A stretch of 64,000 nucleotides of DNA, taken from assembly GCA_002428735.1 (NCBI GenBank), contig DIXO01000020.1:2554-66553 (forward strand), written 5' to 3'. Below the pieces are notes generated by a model. That model saw nothing but the letters and a program-made list of their open reading frames with translations. It was not told the DNA's origin and searched no databases. This DNA comes from Syntrophaceae bacterium UBA6078. Its GTDB lineage: Bacteria; Desulfobacterota; Syntrophia; Syntrophales; UBA2210. The translations under genes and the position numbers were made by a program. Below are positions 25,841-36,201 of the stretch, piece by piece. Each line of letters starts with the position of its first letter. Position 1 is the first letter of the stretch.

Positions 25841-27544
25841 TCATTGGTTGTTTTCCCATGAGATGAATTTTCTTTCTCCCTCGTAGCTGCCGATCAGGAT
25901 CAGTTCCGAATTCTCCTTGATCGGCATGTGCGGATCAGGATTGATCATCTTGATGCCGTCCATGTCTATGGCAACGACGGAGCAGTTTGTCAGCTCCCGG
26001 ATCCTTGACTCGGCCAGGGTCTTGCCGATGAGGTGCCGCGGCGCTTTGCGGCGGAAGATATTCAAGCCCTCGGCCAGCATGAGGGTATGCTCGTTCTTGT
26101 AGAAATTGTAGATGGTGTTGGCCCCCAGGGATGCGTAGGACATGACGAAGTCAGCGCCGGCACGGTGCAGGGTTGACACGTTCCGGTCCAGATTCGACCG
26201 GCTGAGGATCTGCATGTCCGGCCGCAGGCTTCTCAGATATTTCGTCAGGTAGATGTTCGTGGCGTCGTCGTGGGTGGTCACCACCGCCGCCAACGCCTTT
26301 TCGATCCAGGCCGTCTGCAGGGTCTGGATATCCGCCGCGTCCCCGATGACATAATTCTCCTCTCCGTCCTGCGCTCTGCGGGGCCGTTTCTCAATAATCA
26401 GATAGGGGGTTTCCTTCTCCTTGAAGCGCTCGGCGACGGTATGACCCACGCGCCCGCCTCCGATGATCAGAACCAGATTCGCCGACAGCTGATATATATG
26501 GTAGAAGGAATAGACCTCGTCGAAAGCGGCAAGATTTTCTTCTCCCCCCGCCAGGACCAGAACGCTGGTCCTGGTAATCACGTTGTTCGCTGTGGGGATT
26601 TCAAATATGCCCCTGTTCCAGATTCCCACCACCGTTACCCCGAATTTCCGCCTCAAGTCGCTCTCAGCAAGGGTTTTATCGATCAGGGGGGTCCCGAAGA
26701 CGGGAAACTCGGCGATGACAAGATTGTCAAACCGGCTGATTATGTTGGATCCGCCTTCGCCGCCGATGGTCCACGCGGAAAGGGATCGTCCCAGGATATC
26801 ATAGATCTGCAGAACCCGTGTGCTGCCGGCCATCTCCAGAATATCCACGGAATGGGGAGAATCTGCTGTGGAAATGATGGGAACGCTTTCGCAGAGCTCG
26901 CGGACCGTGAAGGCGATATTCGTATTGATCTCGTCGGTGCTGGCGGCCACGACAAGGGCCGCCTGCCCGATCCGCATTTTTCGATAGGTTTCCGGATCGT
27001 CCACATTCCCGACTGCGACACGCACATCGGCATCATACAGTTCCAGCGCGCGCCGGAAGTCTTCCTCGATGAGGATATAGGATTCCTGGTGGTTTTTCAG
27101 CTTTTCAATCAGCGCAGCGGTGACGGGGTTGTAGCTGGTAATGATCACATGATCTTTTGTTTCCGGAGGCAATTCGCGGGGAGCCCGGTTTCTGGCTTCG
27201 GCCTCCATCCAGGGAGCGTAGAAAAACTTGATGAAGGTGAAGGGGAGCAGTGTGAGAAAGAAGACGACCCCGGAAAGAAGCACCAGGATCGAAAAGGCGC
27301 GACCCCCATCCGAATTGAAGGTGATGTCTCCGAATCCCAGGGTGGTCATCACCGTGAGGGTCCAGTAGAAACCGGTCACCCAGGAGTAACTTCTCCCTTC
27401 AAAAGCCATCAGGACATGAAAGATCATGCTGTAACCGGTTACCATGACGACCATGACGAGAAGGAATTTGAGAAGAAGTCTTACGTTCCGTCTGGTATTG
27501 TGACTTTGTAAGATGGTGGTCAGAACAGCAGGGGTATATTTCAC
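25841..27544 (-). CDS. K+ channel with two RCK/TrkA-N domains
   Basis: Selectivity filter TVMTTLGFGDITF lies between two TM helices, followed by two Rossmann-like RCK domains (IIGGGRVG). GTG start. Confidence 0.85.
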   Translation of the reverse strand: MKYTPAVLTTILQSHNTRRNVRLLLKFLLVMVVMVTGYSMIFHVLMAFEGRSYSWVTGFYWTLTVMTTLGFGDITFNSDGGRAFSILVLLSGVVFFLTLLPFTFIKFFYAPWMEAEARNRAPRELPPETKDHVIITSYNPVTAALIEKLKNHQESYILIEEDFRRALELYDADVRVAVGNVDDPETYRKMRIGQAALVVAASTDEINTNIAFTVRELCESVPIISTADSPHSVDILEMAGSTRVLQIYDILGRSLSAWTIGGEGGSNIISRFDNLVIAEFPVFGTPLIDKTLAESDLRRKFGVTVVGIWNRGIFEIPTANNVITRTSVLVLAGGEENLAAFDEVYSFYHIYQLSANLVLIIGGGRVGHTVAERFKEKETPYLIIEKRPRRAQDGEENYVIGDAADIQTLQTAWIEKALAAVVTTHDDATNIYLTKYLRSLRPDMQILSRSNLDRNVSTLHRAGADFVMSYASLGANTIYNFYKNEHTLMLAEGLNIFRRKAPRHLIGKTLAESRIRELTNCSVVAIDMDGIKMINPDPHMPIKENSELILIGSYEGERKFISWENNQ

Positions 27545-27817
27545 AACACAACTCCGGGAAATATCCGTATCAATGAGGGATCAAAGGGTCGGCCCACGAC
27601 TGTGTTTTGGATTGACGCCTCCCTCATATCATCCGCACGTTCAGGGTATCGGAGCCCGGCGCGAAGATGTCCCTCTTTCAAGACTGCGGCGTACTATGGC
27701 CGTCTTCGGTGGCCTAGTGATACCATAACGGTACGGTCTGTTCAATAAGCAATGCACGCCGCTTATTGCCTCACAATAAAATATTACCGAAGGAGAAGGG
27801 ATAGGAGGTTTCGCTCG

Positions 27818-27846
27818 TTGACACGGGGAAGAAACCCCTCTATACT
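27818..27846 (+). promoter_or_regulatory. consensus sigma70 promoter (TTGACA-17 nt-TATACT)
   Basis: TTGACA at 27818-27823, a 17-nt spacer that is itself a GGGG-AAGAAA-CCCC hairpin, and TATACT at 27841-27846. It lies about 255 nt upstream of the HDOD gene. Confidence 0.6.
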
Positions 27847-28104
27847 CTCTCGGGCAGAAAGGATTATTCGGGATCCGGCGCGTGGGCATCAGGACGGCAC
27901 GGCGCCACGGACCCATGCGACGGTAAGCGTCGCTCTATACGGTTTCAAAATCATTGCAGAGAGGGCTGACGAAGTTCAAACACGCTTAAGTTTATCAACA
28001 CGATTACCGATAGAAACTGCGGACGTTGTCCATTGCGGAATGGGTGAAGAGAAGGAGTGGTGACGTATCAGACGGGGTAACGCGCATGGGGGTTCGGTAA
28101 TATC

Positions 28105-29370
28105 ATGGGTCTCGTTAAGATTAACCAGATAAGTCCGGGGATGGAACTGGCCGAGGATTTGAGAGATTCCAGGGGCCGGTTTCTCCTGCCCTCGGGAGTG
28201 GGGCTGACGGCACGGGATATCAGGGTTCTCAAGATGTGGGGGGTGGTTGAGGCCGACATCCAGGGTATCGGCACGGATGGGGTGGAAGATGCCGCCACGC
28301 GCGAGATCGCTCCTGCGGTGATGGAAATGGCCGAACGGACGGTTTCCATGCGCTTCCGTCACTCAGGCACTGATCATCCGGCCCTTCAGGAGCTCTTGCG
28401 CCTCTGTATCCTCCGAAAGGCGGAGGAGATGCAGAGGCGGAAAGACGAAGGCGTCGAGAGTAGCGACAAACTCGAGGGGGAGAGGGATTCGGACGAAATC
28501 CCGAGAATGAACATCGACACAATCGATTTTCAGAGATTGATCCAGAGCCATATCCTGGAACTTCCCACCCTGCCGATGATATCCCTGAAGATGAATGAAA
28601 CCATCGCCAGGCCCAACAGCTCGGCAAACGATATTGCCCGGGTGATCAGCAGGGATACCACCCTCTCGGCGCGGCTTCTCAAAATCGTCAACAGCGCCTT
28701 CTACCGGTTTCCATCACGGATTGACAGCGTGTCCCGGGCGGTCGCCATCATCGGAACGAAACAATTGACTAGTCTGGCCTCCGGTGTGGCCATCATCAAC
28801 ATGTTCAAGAATATCCCGTCCAGCATTATCGATATGAAATCATTCTGGAAGCACAGTGTCCGCTGCGGCGTTCACGCAAGGATTATCGCGAGTTATCACG
28901 GGGTACAGAATACGGAGCGCCTCTTTCTTTCAGGTCTCCTGCACGACATCGGCCGTCTCATCCTGTACAATTACGCGCCGGATCAGGCCGTGTACGCCCT
29001 GACGAAAGCGAGACGGACCCAGAACCTGCTCCGCGGCATAGAATGTGAGGATCTGGAATTTGATCATGCCGAGACAGGCGGACAGCTTTTGAAACGCTGG
29101 AAATTGCCTGTTCTGGTTGAGGATGCCGTCCGCTATCATCATAACCCCTGGGAATCCCAGAATTCTCTTGAGCCTTCCATCGTGCATCTTGCCGATATCA
29201 TGGCGAATGCCGTGGGAGTCGGTTCGAGCGGCGAGCGGTTTGTCCCGCCGCTGGACGCGGGCGCCTGGGAAGTGATCGGCCTGTCGGCAAATGTTCTGGA
29301 AGTGATCATGAAACAGGCTGACCGCCACACCGAAGAAATATTTACATTTTTCTATTCAGATGAAGACTAA
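28105..29370 (+). CDS. HDOD domain protein with a DUF3391-like N-terminal domain
   Basis: LPTLPMISLKMNETIARPNSSANDIARVISRDTTLSARLLKIVNSAFY is the HDOD signature. The N-terminus INQISPGMELAEDL... resembles the N-domain of HD-GYP proteins. Confidence 0.8.
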   Translation: MGLVKINQISPGMELAEDLRDSRGRFLLPSGVGLTARDIRVLKMWGVVEADIQGIGTDGVEDAATREIAPAVMEMAERTVSMRFRHSGTDHPALQELLRLCILRKAEEMQRRKDEGVESSDKLEGERDSDEIPRMNIDTIDFQRLIQSHILELPTLPMISLKMNETIARPNSSANDIARVISRDTTLSARLLKIVNSAFYRFPSRIDSVSRAVAIIGTKQLTSLASGVAIINMFKNIPSSIIDMKSFWKHSVRCGVHARIIASYHGVQNTERLFLSGLLHDIGRLILYNYAPDQAVYALTKARRTQNLLRGIECEDLEFDHAETGGQLLKRWKLPVLVEDAVRYHHNPWESQNSLEPSIVHLADIMANAVGVGSSGERFVPPLDAGAWEVIGLSANVLEVIMKQADRHTEEIFTFFYSDED

Positions 29371-31498
29371 AACCAAAACCAAGGCACAGCAGGAGACCTC
29401 GTCTCCCGACGAGAGAATCAGCTATCTGGAAGAGCGGATCCAGTATCTGGAGGAGGTCACGCGCTTTACGCTCGACTCCCTCGAAATGGCGGCCTCTCTC
29501 GGAGATTTTCAGCCGAGCGTCAACAAGCTGCAGAATCCCTCCCTTATCCTGGATGAAACGGCATCGAGAATACGCACCCTCATACCCGTCAAGGCCATGG
29601 CCTTCTATCTCGTTGATGAAGACACCAAGGAATTCGTCATATCCAAGATAGATCCCGTGGATTATCAGTCATATATCGAGAAAGAGGTGGGCTTCTTTAT
29701 CGATGACGGGATATTCGCCTGGGCCCTGCGGGAGAAGCGGCCCGTCATTGTTTCGTCAAAGCAGTGCGAACGACGTTTTATCCTCCACGTGATCACTACC
29801 AGTTCCCGGATACGGGGAATGTTCGTCGGGCTCTTGGGGGGGATGGATGAAAGCATCCCCGATGTATCCCTGGCGATGCTCTCCATTATTCTTCTGAACA
29901 GCTCGAACGCCCTGGAAAGCCGCGAACTGTACACCATGATCCGGGAAATCAACGAAAACATTCAGAAGAAGGAAAATTACAAGATGCTCTTCGAGGCGGC
30001 TCCCGACGGTGTGGAGGTCCTTGATGCGCGCGGCAATATTGTTGACTGCAACCGGACTCAGGGGATACTGCTCGGATGCGGCCAGGATGAGCTGATCGGA
30101 AACCACACGAGGCGGTTTTTCCGGGACCAGAGCGAGGCTCAATTTGAGGCGAGACTCCGTAGTCTGAAAGAAAAGGGTTCCTTCGAGTGCGAGTTGGATC
30201 TTGTCCGTCAGGACGGGGGCATCATCCCCGTGTCGCGGAAGGGGAGCGCGATCTACGATGAAGGGGGCAAGTTTGTCGGGTATGTCGTCTACAATCGAGA
30301 TCTTTCCAGACGGAAGAGGGAAGAGGAGGAAAAGAAAAAACTTGAAGCGGAGCTCCGGCGGGCCCAGAAGATGGAGGCCATCGGAACCCTCGCGGGGGGA
30401 GTGGCCCATGACTTGAACAATGTTCTCGGAGGTCTTGTCAGTTATCCCGATCTTCTGCTGACGCAGGTCCCGGAGGACAGCCCCCTGAGGGGTCCCATGC
30501 TGACCATCCAGAAATCGGGGAAGAAGGCCGCGGCCATTGTCCAGGATCTGCTCACGCTGGCCAGAAGGGGTGTCTCCGTCGCGGAGGCCGTCAACCTGAA
30601 CGATATCGTCTCCGATCACTTCAAGACCCCCGAACAGGAAAAGATTCAGGCGATCCATCCCCATGTGCGCTTCGAGATCCGGCTTGAGAAAAATCTCCCG
30701 GATATGGTGGGGTCACCGGTCCACCTGTCCAAGACGGTCATGAATCTGCTGTCAAACGCCTCAGAGGCCATGTCCGACAATGGCACCGTTACCGTATCCA
30801 CGGAAAGCTGCTATGTGGATCGGCCCATAGCCGGGTACGATAGGGTCAAGGTGGGGGAATACGTGACCCTCATCGTTTCCGACGAAGGGACCGGCATGTC
30901 GGAAGAGGAAAAGAGGCGGATCTTCGAGCCCTTCTATACCAAAAAGGTTATGGGGAGGAGCGGAACGGGTCTGGGCATGGCGGTGGTGTGGGGGACCGTG
31001 AAGGATCACAACGGGTATATCGACATTCAAAGCGCCCAGGGAAAGGGAACGACAATTACCATCTATTTCCCCGCCGCCGGTCAAAGGGAGAAAAGGAGCG
31101 AAGCCCCGATACCCATCGAAACCTACCGGGGGAAGGGAGAGACGGTCCTTATCGTTGATGATATGCAGGAGCAGCGGGAGATCGTCTCCAGCATGCTTGG
31201 CAGCCTCGGATACGCCGTTTCGGCTGTTTCAAGCGGAGAGGAGGCGGTCAAATACCTGAAAAAAACCTCGGTGGATATCCTTCTCCTTGACATGATCATG
31301 GACCCCGGTATTGACGGGCTGGAGACGTACAAAAGAATACTCAAGCTGCATCCTGGTCAGAAGGCCCTCATTGCCAGCGGATTTTCCGAAACGGAACGGG
31401 TCCGGGAAGCCATGAGCCTCGGCGTGGGGGGGTATATCAGGAAGCCTTTTGCGCTGGAGCAGATCGGCAGCGCCGTCAGGCATGAATTGGACCGGTAG
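29360..31498 (+). CDS. hybrid sensor histidine kinase (GAF-like, PAS, HisKA, HATPase_c, REC)
   Basis: H-box GGVAHDLNNVL, ATPase boxes DEGTGM / GTGLGMAVV, and a C-terminal receiver (LIVDDMQ...LLLDMIMDPGIDG). It overlaps the HDOD gene by 11 nt. Confidence 0.85.
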   Translation: MKTKTKTKAQQETSSPDERISYLEERIQYLEEVTRFTLDSLEMAASLGDFQPSVNKLQNPSLILDETASRIRTLIPVKAMAFYLVDEDTKEFVISKIDPVDYQSYIEKEVGFFIDDGIFAWALREKRPVIVSSKQCERRFILHVITTSSRIRGMFVGLLGGMDESIPDVSLAMLSIILLNSSNALESRELYTMIREINENIQKKENYKMLFEAAPDGVEVLDARGNIVDCNRTQGILLGCGQDELIGNHTRRFFRDQSEAQFEARLRSLKEKGSFECELDLVRQDGGIIPVSRKGSAIYDEGGKFVGYVVYNRDLSRRKREEEEKKKLEAELRRAQKMEAIGTLAGGVAHDLNNVLGGLVSYPDLLLTQVPEDSPLRGPMLTIQKSGKKAAAIVQDLLTLARRGVSVAEAVNLNDIVSDHFKTPEQEKIQAIHPHVRFEIRLEKNLPDMVGSPVHLSKTVMNLLSNASEAMSDNGTVTVSTESCYVDRPIAGYDRVKVGEYVTLIVSDEGTGMSEEEKRRIFEPFYTKKVMGRSGTGLGMAVVWGTVKDHNGYIDIQSAQGKGTTITIYFPAAGQREKRSEAPIPIETYRGKGETVLIVDDMQEQREIVSSMLGSLGYAVSAVSSGEEAVKYLKKTSVDILLLDMIMDPGIDGLETYKRILKLHPGQKALIASGFSETERVREAMSLGVGGYIRKPFALEQIGSAVRHELDR

Positions 31499-31592
31499 AC
31501 GCCATTCATGCAATGCCCGCCGATCAGCCGTTCCCCGAGACGCGCATGCCGCGCGTCCCTCCGGGAAGAGCGCCCGGCGGAGACACCGAATC

Positions 31593-34214
31593 CTATTGCT
31601 GTAGAATCTCTCGTATCTTCTTCGACAGCTGTTCTATGCTGAACGGCTTCTGAATAAACCCGTCACATCCCTGTTCCAGTATTTCCCGCGCCTGGCCGTT
31701 GATGCTGTATCCGCTCGAGAGCAGAACCTTTATACCGGGGTTGATCTTCTTGAGGATATCGTATGTCTCTCCCCCTCCCATATCGGGCATGATCATATCC
31801 AGGATCACCAGATCGATCGCGGTCTGGTGATCCTGATAGATTTCGAGGGCCTCTTTCCCGCTTCGCGCGAGGAATACCGTGTAACCCAGGAACTTCAGTA
31901 TGTCTCCCCCCACATCGATGATCAGCTCTTCGTCATCCACCAGGAGGATTGTCTCATGCCCCATCACCGCCTCTTCTTCCATGATCGCCGGCTCCTGATC
32001 TTCGACCACCGCATCCAGAACGGGGAGAAAAATATTAAAGGTGGTTCCGATCCCCTCTTCGCTGTATACGGTTATCATGCCGTTGTGGTTCTTGATAATC
32101 CCGTAGGCCGAGGCGAGCCCCAGCCCGGTGCCCCTTCCCATCTCCTTGGTGGTGAAAAACGGATCGAATACCCGTTTCACCGTTTCCGCGTCCATTCCCT
32201 TGCCCGTGTCTGTAATGGATATCCTCACGTATTTCCCGGGCTCGAGGTCATAGGGGGCCACAGAGTCACTGTCGAGGACAACATTCTCCGTCTCGAAATA
32301 GATCTCGCCGCCATCGGGCATGGCCTGCCAGGCATTGACAAAGATGTTGAGGAGCGTCTGTTCGATCTGGCCCTGGTCCGCGGCCACCATCCAGATGTCT
32401 TCCTGGAATTTTCGGTACAGCTTGATCTCTTTTCTGGTGCGGCCGAACATGTCGGCGCTCTTCTGGCCAAGCTTGTTCAGATCGGTCGGTTTCACCTCAT
32501 ACTTCCCCCCCCTGGCGAAACCAAGGAGCTGTTTTGTGATCTCCCCCCCGTCCCGGACATACTGTTCGATATTTCTCAGTTTCTCATAGTGGGGATGGTC
32601 GGGCTCCATATCCAGCAGGACAAGAGACGCGTTCCCCTGAATCCCCATGAGAAGGTTGTTGAAATCATGGGCCAGGCCGCCGGCCAGGGTGCCGATGGCC
32701 TCCATCTTCTGGGCGTGCTGGAGCTGGGTTTCGAGATTTTTCCGATGCGATTCGGCCCGTTTGCGGCTCGTGGCGTCTACGGTTGTTATGATAGCCCCCT
32801 CGGAGAAGGGCGCTATCTTGATGTCAAGAAATCGATCTTCATATTCCTGTTCGAGAAACTCCTTCGATATCCCCGACCTGATGCATTCCTTCAATTCTCC
32901 GTACATGTCGATTTTGTGTCTGGAGGCGTAATCCCGGTACATGATATCCGTGGTGATAACGGGGAGTCGGCTTCCCGACAGCTTCTTCGCAAGATTGTAA
33001 CCCGTCACCCGCGCCTCGCGATCCACGATGATGGTTTCCACCGGATTGTTATCGAAGAGGGCGCGGTACCGCTCTTCGCTTTCCCGCAGGGCCGTCCCGG
33101 CACGTTTGCTCTCGGTGATATCCATGAGGGAACAGACGCTCCGTTTCGTCCCGGGAATAACGCCGACCGTTAAAAGGATCTCCCTGACATCCCCCCCCTT
33201 ATTGATGATGGAAGCATCATATTCCCGCGGAGCGCCCCGTTTTCCCAGCATCCTCTTTTCGTGATACCCCTTCATTCGGTCCATATCCTGGGGGTTCACG
33301 AAATCCATCCAGCTCATCCGGCCTTCCACTTCCTTCTTCGAATACCCGCTTAACTCCTCGAAGGCGGTGTTCACCATGGAGATGATGTCGTTCTCTTCAA
33401 CAATCAGGGTGGCTGTGTTGGTTCCCTCGAAGACGCTCCGGTAGCGGGCTTCGCTTTCGCGCAGCGCCGCTTCCACCCGCTTCTGGGCGGTGACATTCTT
33501 TGAGACCGTGGTGACGGCCCGGGTCTTTCCGTTGTGATCCGTGACGGGACTCAGGGTCTTGAGGAAGAATTCGCCGTCTCCGGCGGTGCTTTCGTACTGA
33601 ATCGGCACCCCTGTCTCGAATACGGTCGCCACCTTCAGGGCGAATGTCTCTGTTTGTTCCTTCGGGTGAAACTCGCCGTATGTTCTTCCGATAATCTTTT
33701 CCAGGGCCGCGCCGCGCCGCGCCCGGTAGCCCTCGTTCATAAAGAGATACCGGCATTCCCTGTCCACGAGGTACATGGAGTCGGAGGTTGACGCCAGGGA
33801 ACGGTATTGTTCCTCCGATTCGCGGAGCGCAAGTTCGGCGCTCCGCTTGTCGCAGGCCCGGCGGATGGTCAGCAGCATGGACTCCATCTCGTTCGATTTC
33901 TGCACATAGCTGTAGGCGCCCAGGTCCATCGCCTCGATGACCGTTTCCTGCGACGCGTGGCCGGTGAGTATGATGCATTCCGTATGAGGTGAGACATCCT
34001 TGATCTCTTTCATGACATCGAGACCGAAGACGTCTTCGAGCCGGAGGTCGATCAAGGCCACGGAGATATCGGCCGTTTCTCCCCGCACAGCGGCAATGGC
34101 TTCGGCTGCGGTAGCCGCCATGATGGGTTCATAGCTGTTTTCCGTGAGCATGTCGGAGAGGATCTGCCTGAATGTGTGATCATCATCCAAGATGAGAATT
34201 CTGTTTTTTTTCAT
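31593..34214 (-). CDS. hybrid histidine kinase (REC, 3x PAS, HisKA, HATPase_c, REC)
   Basis: N-terminal receiver (ILILDDDH...), three PAS-like repeats each introduced by LRESE(E/A)RYR, H-box GGLAHDFNNLL, ATPase box DTGKGM / GTGLGLASAYG, and a C-terminal REC. Confidence 0.85.
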   Translation of the reverse strand: MKKNRILILDDDHTFRQILSDMLTENSYEPIMAATAAEAIAAVRGETADISVALIDLRLEDVFGLDVMKEIKDVSPHTECIILTGHASQETVIEAMDLGAYSYVQKSNEMESMLLTIRRACDKRSAELALRESEEQYRSLASTSDSMYLVDRECRYLFMNEGYRARRGAALEKIIGRTYGEFHPKEQTETFALKVATVFETGVPIQYESTAGDGEFFLKTLSPVTDHNGKTRAVTTVSKNVTAQKRVEAALRESEARYRSVFEGTNTATLIVEENDIISMVNTAFEELSGYSKKEVEGRMSWMDFVNPQDMDRMKGYHEKRMLGKRGAPREYDASIINKGGDVREILLTVGVIPGTKRSVCSLMDITESKRAGTALRESEERYRALFDNNPVETIIVDREARVTGYNLAKKLSGSRLPVITTDIMYRDYASRHKIDMYGELKECIRSGISKEFLEQEYEDRFLDIKIAPFSEGAIITTVDATSRKRAESHRKNLETQLQHAQKMEAIGTLAGGLAHDFNNLLMGIQGNASLVLLDMEPDHPHYEKLRNIEQYVRDGGEITKQLLGFARGGKYEVKPTDLNKLGQKSADMFGRTRKEIKLYRKFQEDIWMVAADQGQIEQTLLNIFVNAWQAMPDGGEIYFETENVVLDSDSVAPYDLEPGKYVRISITDTGKGMDAETVKRVFDPFFTTKEMGRGTGLGLASAYGIIKNHNGMITVYSEEGIGTTFNIFLPVLDAVVEDQEPAIMEEEAVMGHETILLVDDEELIIDVGGDILKFLGYTVFLARSGKEALEIYQDHQTAIDLVILDMIMPDMGGGETYDILKKINPGIKVLLSSGYSINGQAREILEQGCDGFIQKPFSIEQLSKKIREILQQ

Positions 34215-34481
34215 CGCACATCCTGTTTTTTGTTCGGGGTGACCGGAATCCTGTTCGAAATCGCGGCAATCGCCCGTCCCGGGCGGCTCTTCCGGCCCGG
34301 GATCGCCTCGGACTGTTGCCTGACCATTTCCGCCATCCTCACCCTTATGTAAACATATATGAGAGAAGGGGAGCAGTCAACAGGGATGGGGACCCTTTTC
34401 AGGAGATTTTCAGCGGTCTCTCCGCGGTCGGGTACTGTATCGGCTGGCTTCACGCGAGGAGGGTGAAAACGGAGCCTCCCG

Positions 34482-35219
34482 TTACACCGCCGCTTCATCG
34501 CGGTATCGCGTGATCCGGGTGATGTAAGTCTTGGTTTCCTCGGGCAGCCGGCCGGGGTTTCTCTCCACGTTTCCCATTCCCCAGTTATAGGCGGCCAGCG
34601 CCGTATTCGTGTCGCCGTTGTATCGGTGGAGAAGCGTCTTCAGGTACTCGGTCCCGGCCATCACATTCTGGACGGGGTCATAGGGATCATCGACGCCGAG
34701 ATCCCGCGCCGTTTCAGGCATGAGCTGCATCAGTCCCATCGCCCCCTTGGAAGAGGTGGCCCGGGGATCGAAGCCGCTCTCGGCCCGGATAACCGCCCGT
34801 ATAAGCCCTGCGTCCACGCCGTGTTTCTGTGAGGAATAATCGATAAGGCGATTGAACCGGTCCGCATATGCCGTCCCATGCCCTGCTTCGTCTTCCGTGC
34901 GTCGATTTATTGACGGCGACACGTCACACACATGTCGCAGAGCAGCCCCCCATAATCCTGCGCCAGGCCATCCCCCGGAACGCCCCCGGAGAGAGTGGAT
35001 ACGGTGGTCGCGAACCTGCTCCTCGATCATCCGGACCATGGCTTCAAGAACGTCCTTCGCAAGGGTGGCCTCATTCTCTTGACGCCCGGTACGCTCCATA
35101 TCGTTCAGTATCCCGGCGAAACTCAGGGCGCGTCCCGGCTCACTGCCCGTATACCGTCCGCCGACGGCAGTGAGATCGTGGCGCAGCAGTCGAACGCCGT
35201 CCCCGGAGGGAATTTTCAT
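34482..35219 (-). CDS. lytic transglycosylase (SLT domain), probably flagellum-associated
   Basis: AESGFDPRATSSKGAMGLMQLMPETARDLGV and AAYNWGMGNV are SLT motifs. The gene borders the flagellar glycosylation block. Confidence 0.75.
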   Translation of the reverse strand: MKIPSGDGVRLLRHDLTAVGGRYTGSEPGRALSFAGILNDMERTGRQENEATLAKDVLEAMVRMIEEQVRDHRIHSLRGRSGGWPGAGLWGAALRHVCDVSPSINRRTEDEAGHGTAYADRFNRLIDYSSQKHGVDAGLIRAVIRAESGFDPRATSSKGAMGLMQLMPETARDLGVDDPYDPVQNVMAGTEYLKTLLHRYNGDTNTALAAYNWGMGNVERNPGRLPEETKTYITRITRYRDEAAV

Positions 35220-35322
35220 AACCGCCTCCCGTGAGAATGATACTCATACTCTTTCTTGACCCTATCAAATAGTGTGCCACCGCGGCGATACTTTTTTGAG
35301 CGGGGTGACCGTCAGCGGATCA

Positions 35323-35338
35323 TGGCACATTCTGTGCT
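35323..35338 (+). promoter_or_regulatory. sigma54-type promoter (TGGCAC-N5-GTGCT)
   Basis: TGGCACATTCTGTGCT has the GG-N10-GC spacing. It lies about 310 nt upstream of the 35647 ORF. Confidence 0.4.
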
Positions 35339-35646
35339 TTTCATACCACGAAACCGTACGGCGGCGGAGAGCCGGGAAGCCGGTCTCACGCCCGGCGGCT
35401 CATCCGGTACAGACGGGCGGGTGAAAGAAGGTACGATATAATGCAATATTATCAATGGAATAAGAGATCCCTCCGGCGGGTATAGCCGCTGGATGACTCG
35501 AAAAGCAGCCGGGAAAGAGGCGGAAGAAGGATGCGTGATAACCCTCGGAAAGATGCAATCTTTGCCGACAGGCCTGTAAAGTTTTCCCGCCGTCACTGGT
35601 GGAACAGGGGTAAAACCACAATCACAAAGAGAAAGGATGGAGTGAC

Positions 35647-36099
35647 ATGAAGATATTGCCGCACATTATTTCAGCGGGAACCGAACAGCAGAAGACCGGC
35701 GCGGGCCGGGGACCCGCGGGGAGTGAATTCCGCGACATCCTCGAACAGGCTGTTTCGACATCATCCAAGTCGGAGGAAGGCGTCATGAGACTGCCCCCGG
35801 TACAGAGCATACCGACCATATCCTTTGATCCCATTCAGACTATGGATCCGAAAGAGGACGTGAAGCGGGTGGAGGAATTTCTCGATCTCCTTGAAGTGTA
35901 TAACAACAGGTTGGGCGATGGAGGATCGAACCTGAAGGATTTTTCTTCTCTCGTGTCCACCATGGAGAAGGAAACGGCCAGGATTACGCCTCTTCTGGAT
36001 TCGCTCCCGGACGGTGGCAGATTGAAGGATATCCTGAACAGGGCTGTTGTCACCGCGACGGTTGAGACGATCAAATTCAACAGGGGTGACTATATCTAG
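35647..36099 (+). CDS. hypothetical protein, possibly DUF327/YaaR-like
   Basis: 150 aa, with RBS AAAGGATGGAG upstream. The MKI...F(R)DILEQ start and helical C-terminal half resemble my recollection of the YaaR family. The assignment is tentative. Confidence 0.5.
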   Translation: MKILPHIISAGTEQQKTGAGRGPAGSEFRDILEQAVSTSSKSEEGVMRLPPVQSIPTISFDPIQTMDPKEDVKRVEEFLDLLEVYNNRLGDGGSNLKDFSSLVSTMEKETARITPLLDSLPDGGRLKDILNRAVVTATVETIKFNRGDYI

Positions 36100-36201
36100 C
36101 CGGCTGTTTCCGGGCGGCAGGGCTCAACGTGAAAGGCAATCGTCCCCTTTCAAGCCGGCCGTTCACTGGAAAAGGGGAGCAACGAACGTGGCTATGGTGT
36201 T

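Noticed and set aside
27545-27800. A c-di-AMP (ydaO/kimA-type) riboswitch in the 5' UTR of the K+ channel gene (minus strand).
   Set aside because: The reverse complement was read. The conserved ydaO blocks (ACGGGG, GGUGAAUC, AGCUAACC-like) are absent and only generic small hairpins are present.
34211-34498. A 95-aa minus-strand ORF between the hybrid kinase and the SLT gene.
   Set aside because: It overlaps both neighbouring gene ends, is Arg/Pro-rich, and has no motif. It is probably spurious.
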